A DNA stretch of 64,000 nucleotides, taken from NCBI GenBank assembly GCA_965242865.1, contig CBDETK010000013.1, forward strand, positions 3,488,001-3,552,000, in the 5' to 3' direction. The translations under genes and the position numbers were made by a program. Of the stretch, positions 10,882-20,663 are shown piece by piece (position 1 is the stretch's first letter; every line of letters begins with the position of its first letter). Under the pieces are notes generated by a model, which was not told where the DNA came from, searched no databases, and was given only the letters and a program-made list of their open reading frames with translations. This stretch comes from Candidatus Latescibacterota bacterium. Its GTDB lineage: Bacteria > Latescibacterota > UBA2968 > UBA8231.

Positions 10882-11534
10882 GGTCTGACTCCTAATGCTC
10901 GATTGATAGTAAGGTTAAAGGCAAATTTTGGATTGGCTTTACGGAGGTTGTAGCGATAGCAGAACTCATCGACATAGCGTTGCAGGTGTCGTCTCGACAC
11001 ACTATGGAACTGGCCGAACATGCCGCGCTTGAGCAACGCCCAAAAGCTCTCAATCGTATTGGTATGAATATCGCCGTCTACGTACCACTCCTGATGGCGA
11101 ATGACTTGGTGCGGCAGAACCTTAGACATACCGAGATAGGCTTTGTACTCGTCGGTATAGAGACTGGACTTTTCTGTATTGACGTGCTGGCGGACGAAAG
11201 CCCGCCTATTGCGCCCCTTCATGTTCTTGGCCTCGGTTGCTTTAGCGGTTACATTGCCCTCGCGCTGGACTGCTCCGATAACAGGGGCTTTCTTAGTTCC
11301 CCGACCGCGTTTATGCTGGTTGTCTTTTCCGTCGCCGCGTGTGCCTTTGCGGGGCTTGCCGCCGATATAGGTTTCGTCCATCTCGACAATACCTTGCAGG
11401 ATAGTACGGTGCTCAATTTGGTTCATGGCTTTGCGAATTTGCATATTCATGCGCCATGCCGTGTTTTTATTGACCTTCAAATCGCGGGAAAGTTGGAGTG
11501 CAGAAATACCCTCCTTGGCATTGAGCATCAACAT
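10878..11534 (-). pseudogene. IS1595-family DDE transposase, N-terminally truncated
   Basis: GISALQLSRDL, VEMDETYIGG, LYTDEYKAY, HTNTIESFWALLKR, YVDEFCYRYN; Zn-ribbon N-terminus missing. Confidence 0.9.
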
Positions 11535-11536
11535 AC

Positions 11537-11645
11537 CGCCGCCTGCCTCATAAGCCCCAGATGTCGATCGCGACGAACAGGTCAAAGACCTCTTTGTCAA
11601 GGGAATTCGCCGCCTGCCTCATAAGCCCCAGATGTCGATCGCGAC
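11537..11645. repeat. 38-bp exact direct repeat flanking a 33-bp unique insert
   Basis: CGCCGCCTGCCTCATAAGCCCCAGATGTCGATCGCGAC at 11537-11574 and 11608-11645. Confidence 0.92.
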
Positions 11646-13193
11646 CCCACCACCCGACACTCGGCGATCTCGAAACACCTTGTCCTCCCAACGCCGACCC
11701 GCGCGCCGGTCGAAAATCACTAAATGACCCGCCTCGGCCGCGCAACGGTCCATGTACTCGGCGGTCTGCGCCACCCCCTCGGCGATCGTCTGCTCCAAGC
11801 TCTTGTGGAGCACTTTGCACTCGATCACGAACTTGCGCTCCCGCTCGCCCTGTGGCCAGACGAGGAGCAGATCGGTGCGTTTCCGACCCAAGCCATACTC
11901 GCGCTCAATGCGCCCGCCGCTGTTGACGATCCGTTGCAAAAACGCCTGCAACAGCAACTGCGGACCAGCCTCTTGATATTGGAATCGCTTCACCCAATGC
12001 TCGGAGTGTTCGCGGAAGAAGGTCTGAAACGCGGTCAGCAGTTTGACCACGTCCAAGCGACCATCGGCAAGGACGTACCAGGCTGTTTCCTGATTAAATT
12101 CCTCTTGGATCACCCAGGTCAGTTCGCGGGGGATGACCTCGGCGTAGATCGGATTGGCGATGCGGAGGGGGCGATCTTGAGCCACGAGACCCAGATCGCG
12201 CACGTATTCGAGATCGCGGGCCGAGAAGTCGCTCTTTTCAGCTCCGCTCAACAGCGGCTCCACGATGCGCCGCACGCGCTCCTCTTGGAGCTTGTCCGCC
12301 AATTGGTCGAGGTGGGTTTCGCGGCGGAGGATGAGGTGCTCTTTCGCCGCGATGATGGCCGTCGCCGTGATTGGCTCGCGCTGGTCAGCGGCCCCATCGC
12401 GGAAGCAGGTTTGATCGGCCAAGGCATTGACCAGCCACGGCTGCCCTTGGGTCTGCGTCCAGATCGTCTCTAGGGCGTCGGCGGTAAACGCCTGCCCGGT
12501 CTCCTCAGTGTGTTGAGCGAGCAGTGCCTGCACCTCGTCGGGCGAAAAGTCGCCTAAGCGCAACGAGCGCGATTTGATGTTGAACGCGCTCCCTCCGGCG
12601 ATGGTGGCATTGGCCGAACTAGAATGGATGCGGTAGTCGCGCACATCGCGCACCCCGCATAGCACCACGCTTTGCGGAAACCCTGCTGGGCGCAGGTCAT
12701 ACCCCGCCCGCAACTGCCGCAACACAGACAGGAGGGCGTCGCCGATCAGGGCGTCGATCTCGTCGATGAGCAACACCAGCGGCTTGGGGGCCGCCGAGGC
12801 CCAGCGCGTCAACGCCTCCTGTAAGGCAAGGTCGGGACCGAACTCAGCGAGGATAGCGGGCCAAATTTCGCCCAAAAACTCATCGCCAAAGGTCAAACGC
12901 TCCCGAGACGCCAACCCGGCCAAAACGGTGCGCGTCACTCGTTCCACATCTTCGCGGGCGGCTTGCCCGCTTTCGACGTTGACGTACACGCAACGGTAGA
13001 GACCCTCGGCGTTGAGCAGGTCGCGCAGTGCCAGCAGGATAGAGGTCTTGCCCGTCTGCCGGGGCGCGTGTAGGACGAAGTACTTCTCGTCGCGGATGAG
13101 GGCGCACACATCGTCTAGATCTAGGCGTTCCAGCGGCGGGATGCAGTAATGCCTTTCGGGCTTGATAGGACCGGCGGTGGTGAAGAAGCGCAT
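11619..13193 (-). CDS. AAA-like P-loop ATPase with C-terminal PD-(D/E)XK-like domain
   Basis: HAPRQTGKTS Walker A, LLIDEID Walker B, C-terminal REYGLGRKRTDL...IECK. Confidence 0.85.
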   Translation of the reverse strand: MRFFTTAGPIKPERHYCIPPLERLDLDDVCALIRDEKYFVLHAPRQTGKTSILLALRDLLNAEGLYRCVYVNVESGQAAREDVERVTRTVLAGLASRERLTFGDEFLGEIWPAILAEFGPDLALQEALTRWASAAPKPLVLLIDEIDALIGDALLSVLRQLRAGYDLRPAGFPQSVVLCGVRDVRDYRIHSSSANATIAGGSAFNIKSRSLRLGDFSPDEVQALLAQHTEETGQAFTADALETIWTQTQGQPWLVNALADQTCFRDGAADQREPITATAIIAAKEHLILRRETHLDQLADKLQEERVRRIVEPLLSGAEKSDFSARDLEYVRDLGLVAQDRPLRIANPIYAEVIPRELTWVIQEEFNQETAWYVLADGRLDVVKLLTAFQTFFREHSEHWVKRFQYQEAGPQLLLQAFLQRIVNSGGRIEREYGLGRKRTDLLLVWPQGERERKFVIECKVLHKSLEQTIAEGVAQTAEYMDRCAAEAGHLVIFDRRAGRRWEDKVFRDRRVSGGGVAIDIWGL

Positions 13194-13251
13194 GATGTAG
13201 GTCTCCGGTTCAGGGGACAGCCGGCAGCAAGGCAAGCCTTGTGCTACCCGT

Positions 13252-14127
13252 TCAAACCTTGCGCTTGGCCGCCCACACGGTGTTGTGGAGCAACAGCGCG
13301 ATCGTCATCGGCCCAACCCCATTGGGCACGGGCGTGATCGCCCGGACCTTGGGGCGCACCTGTTGGTAGTCCACGTCGCCGACGAGCCGCCAGCCGCGCT
13401 CGCGTGCGGGGTCATCGACTTGGTTGATGCCCACGTCGATTACCACCGCACCCTCTTTGACCATATCCGCCGTGATCCCCCGGGGAAACCCAGCCGCGAC
13501 CACTAGGATATCCGCTTGGCGCGTAAAGTGCCCGAGGTCGCGGGTGCCGGTGTGGCACAGGGTCACCGTGGCATTGGCCCCGGCCGCCTTGTGCCCCAGC
13601 AAGATGGCTACGGGCCGCCCCACGAGCGCACTGCGGCCAACGACGACCACGTGCTGGCCGGCCACCTCGACCCCGCTGCGGCGGAGAATCTGCAAAACCC
13701 CGTGCGGCGTACAGGGCCAAAAGCACTCCTCCTGCCGCACGAGGCGGCCCAAATTGACCGGGTGCAAGCCATCGACATCCTTGTCTGGGTCGATGGCGTT
13801 GAGGACTTGTTGCTCGTCTTGGCCCGGCAGCGGCAGTTGCACCAAGATGCCGTGAATCGCGTCGTCGGCGTTGAGCCGCTCAACAGTGGCCAGCACGTCC
13901 TCGGTCGCGGCGTTGGCCGGCAGATCGATTTGCACGGAGTGAATGCCGAGGACTTCGCAGGCGCGGCCCTTGGCGCGCACGTAGGACCGCGAGGCTGGGT
14001 CGTCCCCCACCAGCACCACCGCCAAGCCCGGCACCAGACCGTGCTCTCGCTTTAGGCGCGCGATGTCCGCCCGCAGCTCTTCTTGCACTTGGGCCGCCAT
14101 CGCCCGGCCATCGAGTCGCTCGCCCAT
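13252..14127 (-). CDS. folD: Methylenetetrahydrofolate dehydrogenase/cyclohydrolase
   Basis: PGLAVVLVG, GILVQLPLP, KDVDGLHP, PCTP, IDVGIN, TPVPNGVGPMT. Confidence 0.97.
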   Translation of the reverse strand: MGERLDGRAMAAQVQEELRADIARLKREHGLVPGLAVVLVGDDPASRSYVRAKGRACEVLGIHSVQIDLPANAATEDVLATVERLNADDAIHGILVQLPLPGQDEQQVLNAIDPDKDVDGLHPVNLGRLVRQEECFWPCTPHGVLQILRRSGVEVAGQHVVVVGRSALVGRPVAILLGHKAAGANATVTLCHTGTRDLGHFTRQADILVVAAGFPRGITADMVKEGAVVIDVGINQVDDPARERGWRLVGDVDYQQVRPKVRAITPVPNGVGPMTIALLLHNTVWAAKRKV

Positions 14128-15488
14128 CACGCGCTTTTGGGTTGCAGGACGCTTTTCTGCACGACCCGTTGCAAGGCTGCGGGGACCTGCACTGCGCCGC
14201 CGGGTTGTTGATAGTTGTCCAAAATGGCGATCAGCAGCCGGCCCATCGCGCACCCGGTGTCATTGACGAGGTGGCAAAAGCCCCGGCCGGCCGCGCCCTT
14301 GTAGCGGATGTTCAAGCGCCGAGCCTGATAGTCCGTGGCGTTGGTGTCGGTCATTACCTCCATGAACTCGCCCGCCCCAGACATCCACACTTCCACATCC
14401 CGCTGCCGATGGCTGGCTAAATAGCCGGCGTCGCCGTGGCATTTATCGACGACCCGATAGGGCAAGGCCAGCTTTTGCAGGAGCCATTCGTTGATTTGGC
14501 CAAATTCTTCGTACAGGGCCGCGGACTGATCGGGCAGGCACACGGCGTTCATTTCGATTTTGTCAAATTGGTGCATGCGCTTAATGCCCTTGACGTCTTG
14601 GCCCCAAGACCCGGCTTCCGAGCGAAAGCAGGGCGTATAGGCAAAGAGCTTGACGGGTAATTCGGTCGCGTTCAAGGTCTGGTCCATGAAGTAGCTAAAA
14701 TTAGCCGGCTCAGAGGACCCGACTAGAAAAAGCTCGGCCCCTTCTTCTACGTTATCGGTTTTGATGGCATAGACTTGGTCGCGCCCTTCGGGAAAGTGCG
14801 AGGTGCCGTATAGCGCGCGAGCGCGCACTAAGAGCGGCGGCACGAACATCTCGTACCCGCGCCGCAACAACTCGTCTATGAGGAGCTGGCTCAGGGCGTA
14901 TTGCATCCGCGCCACATCGCCGCGCAAATAGGCAAAGCGCGAGCCGGAAACTTGGCCGCCCTGCAAGGTGTCGATGCCGCCCAATCGGACGCCGAGTTCG
15001 GCGTGATGGACGGGTGCGAAGGCGTCGTCTGGAGCGTGTAGGGGCCGCTTGGGCATATATGAAGCGCAGGTGTTCCCACGGCCCAGCTTGTCGGCGGCGA
15101 GGTAGCCCTGCCCCGGAATCCAAGCCTTCTCCTCGACGTTGTCTTCCTCGCCCGCGCCGGCGGGCATGTCGGGATGCGGCCAGTTGGGGAACCAATCCAT
15201 GATGGCTTGCCACTCGGCGACGATGGTTTCCAACTCGTGCTCCAGCACCCGCCCACGCTCGCGCAGCTCTCGTCCCTGTTGGCGCGCCGCGTCCGGGTCG
15301 GTGCGGCCGAGCCGCGCCAGTTGCTTTTTTTCGCTATTGAGCGCGTCGATGTCGCGTTGCAGTTGTTGGCGCGCCGCGTCGAGGGCCAACCAGCGATCTA
15401 CATTGGCTTTGGCCGGGTCAACGTTCCGCACCCGGATCGCTTCGCGCATGGCGTCGGGATGGGCGCGCACGGCCTTGGGGTCGATCAT
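14127..15488 (-). CDS. serS: Seryl-tRNA synthetase (divergent motifs)
   Basis: N-terminal coiled coil, SGSRFAYL, CFRSEAGS..GIKRMHQFDKIEM motif 2, DYQARRLNIRY, DNYQ. Confidence 0.9.
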   Translation of the reverse strand: MIDPKAVRAHPDAMREAIRVRNVDPAKANVDRWLALDAARQQLQRDIDALNSEKKQLARLGRTDPDAARQQGRELRERGRVLEHELETIVAEWQAIMDWFPNWPHPDMPAGAGEEDNVEEKAWIPGQGYLAADKLGRGNTCASYMPKRPLHAPDDAFAPVHHAELGVRLGGIDTLQGGQVSGSRFAYLRGDVARMQYALSQLLIDELLRRGYEMFVPPLLVRARALYGTSHFPEGRDQVYAIKTDNVEEGAELFLVGSSEPANFSYFMDQTLNATELPVKLFAYTPCFRSEAGSWGQDVKGIKRMHQFDKIEMNAVCLPDQSAALYEEFGQINEWLLQKLALPYRVVDKCHGDAGYLASHRQRDVEVWMSGAGEFMEVMTDTNATDYQARRLNIRYKGAAGRGFCHLVNDTGCAMGRLLIAILDNYQQPGGAVQVPAALQRVVQKSVLQPKSA

Positions 15489-15616
15489 AATGCTTGCTCT
15501 CAGTTTTGGGTGAAAAAGTAAGAACGCCGCTGGCGCGAATCGTGGCAAGGCGAGAAGGGGCTACAGAAAGGGCCGCTAGAAAGCAAATCTGGCGGCCTTT
15601 TGTGGGGGGCGGAGCT

Positions 15617-15686
15617 TTCGACTCGGCTGCACTGCGCTCAGCACGACAGAGGCGGTCGGTCGTGCTGAGCGCAAGCGAAGCATCTC
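15617..15686. repeat. REP-like palindromic element pair
   Basis: GCGCTCAGCACGAC...GTCGTGCTGAGCGC inverted pair with TTCGAC and GCGAAGCATCT ends, intergenic. Confidence 0.6.
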
Positions 15687-15884
15687 ACACCGCTTCTACG
15701 GTCGGGGACTTAGGGGGCGGGTGGGGTACACAGAGCATGTTTAGATGGTACACTCTCAGCCGTAACTCGTCGCAGGACAATCACCGAATTCATTTACTAC
15801 CCCTACAACAGCACAACACACACCGCCCGCCCTTCCCTGATTGCTTTCTTGCCTTGACCAAAATCCCCGGCGGCGTAGCTTCGG

Positions 15885-16085
15885 GTGGCCTATTGTCGCC
15901 TTAACGGTTTTTTTAGTGCGGCTGTGGTAGGCGATTTGGAGGTTATTCAGCTATTCGTACAGGCAGGCATGTCGGTTAATACACGCCGCTACGAAAGGGG
16001 CTGGGGCGGCAGGACAGCCCTGCACATTGCGGCGCATGAAGGTCATTTGGAGATCGTAAAGTATTTGGCGTCTCAAGGTGGGTAG
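15885..16085 (+). pseudogene. Ankyrin-repeat fragment
   Basis: AAVVGDLEVIQLFVQAGMSVN...GRTALHIAAHEGHLEIVKYL; no convincing start or RBS. Confidence 0.75.
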
Positions 16086-16331
16086 GGCTGCTCGTCTTTT
16101 TCGTCGGTAGAGTAGAGCAAGGGCAGCACTCGATTGGGTTCGGGGGCCTGCCCTCTTTTTTGTTTGGATACTCCTCATAATTAGGCTTATCGGTAGTGAA
16201 AGCACACCTACTAGTTCTGCCACGGTCACCGGCGCATGATGGGGGCGCGGGCGGTGTGGTTGGTGTGATATGATAGGGTCAGTTTGGCCTTGAACGGCTT
16301 AGGAGGCGTTTGGGGCGGTCTGGGGTGATGC

Positions 16332-16812
16332 TTACGGGGACACTAAGATCGCCAGACGGACATTATCTATTTCAGAAAGTCCTACAGAAAGACCTTCTGC
16401 CCCGGTTAAGAGGAGCTTAACTGGGTCCCAGATCAGGAGTCCGCCCTCGAAGATGAAGAGCATTGGAAGCAGAGGATCCTCCGCCATCAGCGCGGCTTCT
16501 GAGGGTACAAGTGTTGACACATTTATTAAGAGATAGTCTATCGGCATGTAACCCGCGGCGTCGGCGAGGCCGAGGTCGATGTTGAACTTGAGATACAGGG
16601 CTTGGAAGGTTATCGGGGTTATCCGGTCGTCCTCGATGGTGATGTTGCCATCCGCGGGACAGTCGTCGCTCGATAATGATTCCTTGTCGCGGCGGTGCGG
16701 TTTCGCCGCGTGGCCCGGTTGGTCCGATGGGGCCTTGTGGTCCAGCGGGGCCTTCGCAGGCCATTAGGCTGGCAGTCAGTAGGGCGACGACAAGACCGAG
16801 GCGATTACGCAT
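16332..16812 (-). pseudogene. Lipoprotein with short collagen-like GXY run, frameshifted
   Basis: MRNRLGLVVALLTASLMA-C EGPAGPQGPIGPTGPRGE; the frame breaks near 16655 and continues in the frame of ORF 16332..16547; near-tandem 21-bp repeat at the start. Confidence 0.6.
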
Positions 16813-16963
16813 GGTATTCTTTTTTCGGAGCATGGTATTCTTTCTTCGGGTTATGGGTATTGGGTGGAGGATTGGGGAAGATAGCAGGCCGACTTGCTTT
16901 TGTCCACTACGTGGCTGTGTGAGTCTTGCTGTGCTGTGCTGGGGCTGGGGCTGGTTGGCTGGT

Positions 16964-17305
16964 GTGTTGAACAAAGAACAAGTTGAGTTGATAGGCTCCG
17001 TTTTAGATCTCCGGCTAAAAGCGGTGGTTGCGGAGATGCGCCTCGCAACCAAGGAAGAGGGGGAGAAGGTGCGCGAAGCAATGGATACGACGATTAAGGA
17101 GTTACGCGTCGAGATGAAGGACGAGGTGCGCCAGCAATCCAAGTATTTTTGTTGGGTTATAGGGGGTCTGGTCGCTATTTGGCTTGCCGCGGCGACCCTC
17201 GCTGTAAATAAGTGGCCCCAAGCCACGCCGGTCGCTCCGGCAGCCCCAGTTGCCCAAGCCGCGCCCGTTACTCCCGCCGAGCCTCCCGGTCTGAGCCAGC
17301 CCTAA
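16964..17305 (+). CDS. Small coiled-coil + TM protein (DUF1640/CCDC90-like)
   Basis: LATKEE...IKELRVEMKDE coiled coil, TM WVIGGLVAIWLAAATL, Pro/Ala tail; start uncertain. Confidence 0.5.
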   Translation: MLNKEQVELIGSVLDLRLKAVVAEMRLATKEEGEKVREAMDTTIKELRVEMKDEVRQQSKYFCWVIGGLVAIWLAAATLAVNKWPQATPVAPAAPVAQAAPVTPAEPPGLSQP

Positions 17306-17547
17306 TTCCCATACGCGCACTTTAGTACACGCGACTCGGCGCGCGTTGCTCTACCCGATCGTCGCCTCGTGGAGCACCCCACATGCCTCGCGCTCGTCAA
17401 TCCGTACCGCCCTCGCCGTCGTCCCCTTCGTCGTGCTCGTTGTGCTGCTGGCAAGCTGGTAATGCCTTTGACGGAACTCAAAGAAGAACAGGCAGATGAT
17501 GAGTTGCGGTGCTGTTAAAGACATCTAGCCGTGCGCCGCAACACATT

Positions 17548-18480
17548 TCATCGGCATTCCCCCTTGGCGGCACTCTTTGCCAGCCACTCGTCCCGCCCGC
17601 CGTAAGCGGCAAACACGGCTTCGAGCAAGAGCCGCACGGCTTGGCCAAAGTAGCGGCCCCGACGCCAAGCCACGCCGATTTCGCGCTCAAAGGCCACGCC
17701 GCGCACCTCTACGGTTTTGAGCGCACCGCCCGCCAGCGACTCGCCGATGGTCAGCCGCGGCAAAAACGAAATGCCCACGCCGGCCTCCACCAACTTGCGC
17801 ATGGCCTCTGGACTGTGTAGCTCCATCACCGCGCCCGGGGTTAGACCGGCTTCGGCGAGCTTTTCGTCAACCACCTTGCGCGAGACCGAGTCGGCGTGAA
17901 AGAGAATCAAAGGCTCCTCCACCACTTCGCCGAGGGCCACGGACTCACCCCGAGCAAAGCGGTGCTCAGGCCCGACGACCAACGGCATGTCGTCGCGATA
18001 AATCGGCACGGCGTCGATTTTGGGATGGATGTAAGGCAGGTGGATCAGCGCGAACTCAGAGCGCTGCATCAGCAGGTCGTCGATGAGGGAACGCGAGGGG
18101 GCGACTTGGGTCTTGAGCACCACGCCCGGATAGCGGCGCATGTACTCTTTGAGAATTTCCGGCAGGAGATAGATGACGGCCGCATCTACGGCCCCAAACT
18201 GAAAGCCCCCGCCCGGCACTAGGTCGCTTCGCTGAAGCCGCTCGCTCGCCTCTTCCAGCAAGTCCGCGACTTGGACGGCATAGCTCAAGAGCAGGCGGCC
18301 CTCGGTCGTCAGGGCCACGTGCCGATTGTCGCGGTTGAAGAGCTGGACCCCCATGCTCTTTTCCAACTCCAAAACCGCGCTGGAAACCGTCGGCTGAGTG
18401 ACGTTCATAAGGCGCGCTGCTGGGGTAAAGCCGCCGGTGCGCGCTACGGCGAGAAAGTAGCGCAGGTGTTGCAGGTTCAT
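17548..18480 (-). CDS. LysR-family transcriptional regulator
   Basis: MNLQHLRYF...FTPAARLMNVTQPTVS...LF.R HTH plus substrate-binding domain. Confidence 0.95.
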   Translation of the reverse strand: MNLQHLRYFLAVARTGGFTPAARLMNVTQPTVSSAVLELEKSMGVQLFNRDNRHVALTTEGRLLLSYAVQVADLLEEASERLQRSDLVPGGGFQFGAVDAAVIYLLPEILKEYMRRYPGVVLKTQVAPSRSLIDDLLMQRSEFALIHLPYIHPKIDAVPIYRDDMPLVVGPEHRFARGESVALGEVVEEPLILFHADSVSRKVVDEKLAEAGLTPGAVMELHSPEAMRKLVEAGVGISFLPRLTIGESLAGGALKTVEVRGVAFEREIGVAWRRGRYFGQAVRLLLEAVFAAYGGRDEWLAKSAAKGECR

Positions 18481-18504
18481 GGCCGCAACGCGCAGGGTGC
18501 GGGG

Positions 18505-19380
18505 TTAGCCGGACTGGGCGGCTTTCACCGCGCCGAAGGTCGAGTGGCGCAAGACGGTCTGGGTGGCGTAGATGGAGCCGCCGACTTTGGCCCCGGGCAT
18601 CGGCATGCTCACCGGCACGTCGGCCACGCGGATGTGCCGGCTCGGCTCGCCGCGCACAAAGGACCGGCAATAGCCCGCCCAATCGGGTGCCGGCACTAAG
18701 GGCCAAGAATCGCCCGCGCAATACTGCAAGAGCAGGAGCCGGCGCGGATGGGGCGAGGTGTTGGGCAGGGAGCCGTGCAGGGCGCGGACGTGGTGGATGG
18801 AAATGCCGCCGGCTTTTAGCTCGATTTTTTCGGCCGCAGCGTCGTCGAAATCCGCCGTGGTCACCGCGCCGGCAAAATGGCCATCGAGGTGGTGGTTGTA
18901 AATCGGCCCTTGGTGCGACCCGGGGATGACCAGCAAGCAGCCATTGGCCTCGTTCATGTCGTCGATGCACACGCCCACGGCGAGCAGGTCGTCGTTGGTG
19001 TGCGGATAAAAGGCCCAGTCCTGATGCCACTCCACCGGACTGCCGAACGCACCGGATTTCATGTTGAGTTTGTCGCCGTTGGTGCGGATGCGCGGGCCGA
19101 TTAGCTGGGCGACGATGGCCAGAATCCGCTCGTGGTGCAGGGTGCGGCGGTAGGTCTCGTGCTGGGCAACCGGGCTTTTGAGCCGCCGCAGCTTGGGGCT
19201 GTCGGGCGCGTGCTCCGGCTCCAAGTCGAAGGTGGCATCGCTTGCGGTCGCAGCCCGCGACCGCTCCACGAACTCGTCGGTGACCTGCCGCAGCACCGCT
19301 ACTTCGCCGGGGGTCAATACCCCCTCGACGCCGAGGTAGCCCTTTTCTTGGTAGCTGGCGATTTGTTCTCGAGTTAGCAT
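18505..19380 (-). CDS. Phytanoyl-CoA dioxygenase (PhyH) family Fe(II)/2OG enzyme
   Basis: WHQD, GCLLVIPGSH, HGSLPN...RR. Confidence 0.92.
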   Translation of the reverse strand: MLTREQIASYQEKGYLGVEGVLTPGEVAVLRQVTDEFVERSRAATASDATFDLEPEHAPDSPKLRRLKSPVAQHETYRRTLHHERILAIVAQLIGPRIRTNGDKLNMKSGAFGSPVEWHQDWAFYPHTNDDLLAVGVCIDDMNEANGCLLVIPGSHQGPIYNHHLDGHFAGAVTTADFDDAAAEKIELKAGGISIHHVRALHGSLPNTSPHPRRLLLLQYCAGDSWPLVPAPDWAGYCRSFVRGEPSRHIRVADVPVSMPMPGAKVGGSIYATQTVLRHSTFGAVKAAQSG

Positions 19381-19594
19381 GGCCTTTTCTCCGTCGTTGT
19401 AGGCTGTGAATTTCGTTGCTAAAGCGCAGGGACTGCCCGCCCCAATGCCCATAATATAGGGTCTGGCGAGGGCGGCCGAAAATTGGCCGGAGGGACGACG
19501 CACTCAAAGCGGTCAAAGCGCTAGGCTGCTTGCCTCTCGGCGGGCAATTGCAGAAATTAAAGCCGCGTATTTCAAGGAGAATAGAGGGGCTATT

Positions 19595-20083
19595 TTGCCA
19601 AATATAACACTTAGAACGCTCAGTCTTTTCGTCCTGCTTTTTTTGACGTGGCTGCTCTTGTCGGGCCTGTACACCGGCCTGCTCTTGGGCTTGGGCGTCC
19701 TCTCGTGCCTGTTGGTCGTCGCCGTCTGCCGCCGCATGCAGATCGTCGATCTCGAAGGGCACCCCAATCACCTCGTTATCGGGATGCTACGCTATATGCC
19801 TTGGCTCCTCTGGGCGATCGTCAAAGCCAACATCGATGTGGCGCGGCGGATCGTCCATCCTCGGCTGCCAGTGTCGCCCCGCGTCATCCGAGTCGCGGCC
19901 AGCCAAAAAACCCACTTGGGACAAGTCGTGTACGCCAACTCCATCACCCTGACGCCGGGCACGGTTGCCGTGGAGACCGGCGAAGGCACCATTGAGGTCC
20001 ACGCCTTGACCGGCGAAGCCGCCGAGGAGGTGCGCTCTGGGGATATGGACGGCCGCGTAACCGACTTGGAGGGGGAACGCTAG
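19595..20083 (+). CDS. mrpE: Na+/H+ antiporter subunit E
   Basis: ANIDVA, YANSITLTPGT. Confidence 0.92.
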   Translation: MPNITLRTLSLFVLLFLTWLLLSGLYTGLLLGLGVLSCLLVVAVCRRMQIVDLEGHPNHLVIGMLRYMPWLLWAIVKANIDVARRIVHPRLPVSPRVIRVAASQKTHLGQVVYANSITLTPGTVAVETGEGTIEVHALTGEAAEEVRSGDMDGRVTDLEGER

Positions 20084-20349
20084 TGTTCGTCGCGGCCATG
20101 ATTGGGGTGCTGGCCACCATGCTGCTGGCCTTAGTCCGCGCCTTAAAAGGCCCCACCGTGTACGATCGCGTGCTCGCCGTCAACATGTTCGGCACCAAGA
20201 CCGTGTTGCTTTTGTCGGTCATCGGCTTTTTGACCGGCCGGCCCGATTTTCTCGACTTGGGGTTGGTCTATGCGCTAATCAACTTCATCGGCACCATCGC
20301 CATCCTCAAATACGTCTCGACCGCTGGCGAGGAGGAGGTCCGCGCCTGA
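20083..20349 (+). CDS. mrpF: Na+/H+ antiporter subunit F
   Basis: GPTVYDRVLAVN, YALINFIGT. Confidence 0.92.
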   Translation: MFVAAMIGVLATMLLALVRALKGPTVYDRVLAVNMFGTKTVLLLSVIGFLTGRPDFLDLGLVYALINFIGTIAILKYVSTAGEEEVRA

Positions 20350-20663
20350 TGGAAGCACTGCTCTACTATGCGAGCTGGGCTTGTCTGTTGTTGGGGGCTG
20401 GTTTTTGCTTCATCGGCGGCTTGGGCCTCCTGCGGCTGCCCGACTTCTACACCCGCATGCACGGCAGTGGGGTCACCGACACGCTGGGCGCGGGGCTGGT
20501 CCTCTTGGGGCTTGGGTTCCAGAGCGGCCTGTCGCTAGCCACCGTCAAGCTGGCGATGATCGCGCTCTTCTTGCTGCTGGCCAGCCCGGTGGCCACCCAC
20601 GCCATTGCCCGCGCGGCCCGGCACAGCGGACTCGCTCCCCAAGGCACAGGGGAAGAACCGTGA
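20349..20663 (+). CDS. mrpG: Na+/H+ antiporter subunit G
   Basis: RLPDFYTRMH..DTLG, PVATHAIARAA. Confidence 0.92.
   Translation: MEALLYYASWACLLLGAGFCFIGGLGLLRLPDFYTRMHGSGVTDTLGAGLVLLGLGFQSGLSLATVKLAMIALFLLLASPVATHAIARAARHSGLAPQGTGEEP

Larger units (their letters stand above)
9952..11536 (-). mobile_element. Decayed IS1595-family element with P63C passenger
   Basis: Truncated IS1595 transposase overlapping (ATGA) the P63C gene; more AT-rich than the flanks. Ends approximate; no paired TIRs found. Confidence 0.75.

Noticed and set aside
18056-19771. 571-aa minus-strand ORF and many similar Arg/Pro/Ala-rich ORFs
   Set aside because: Shadow frames of high-GC genes with no domain motifs.
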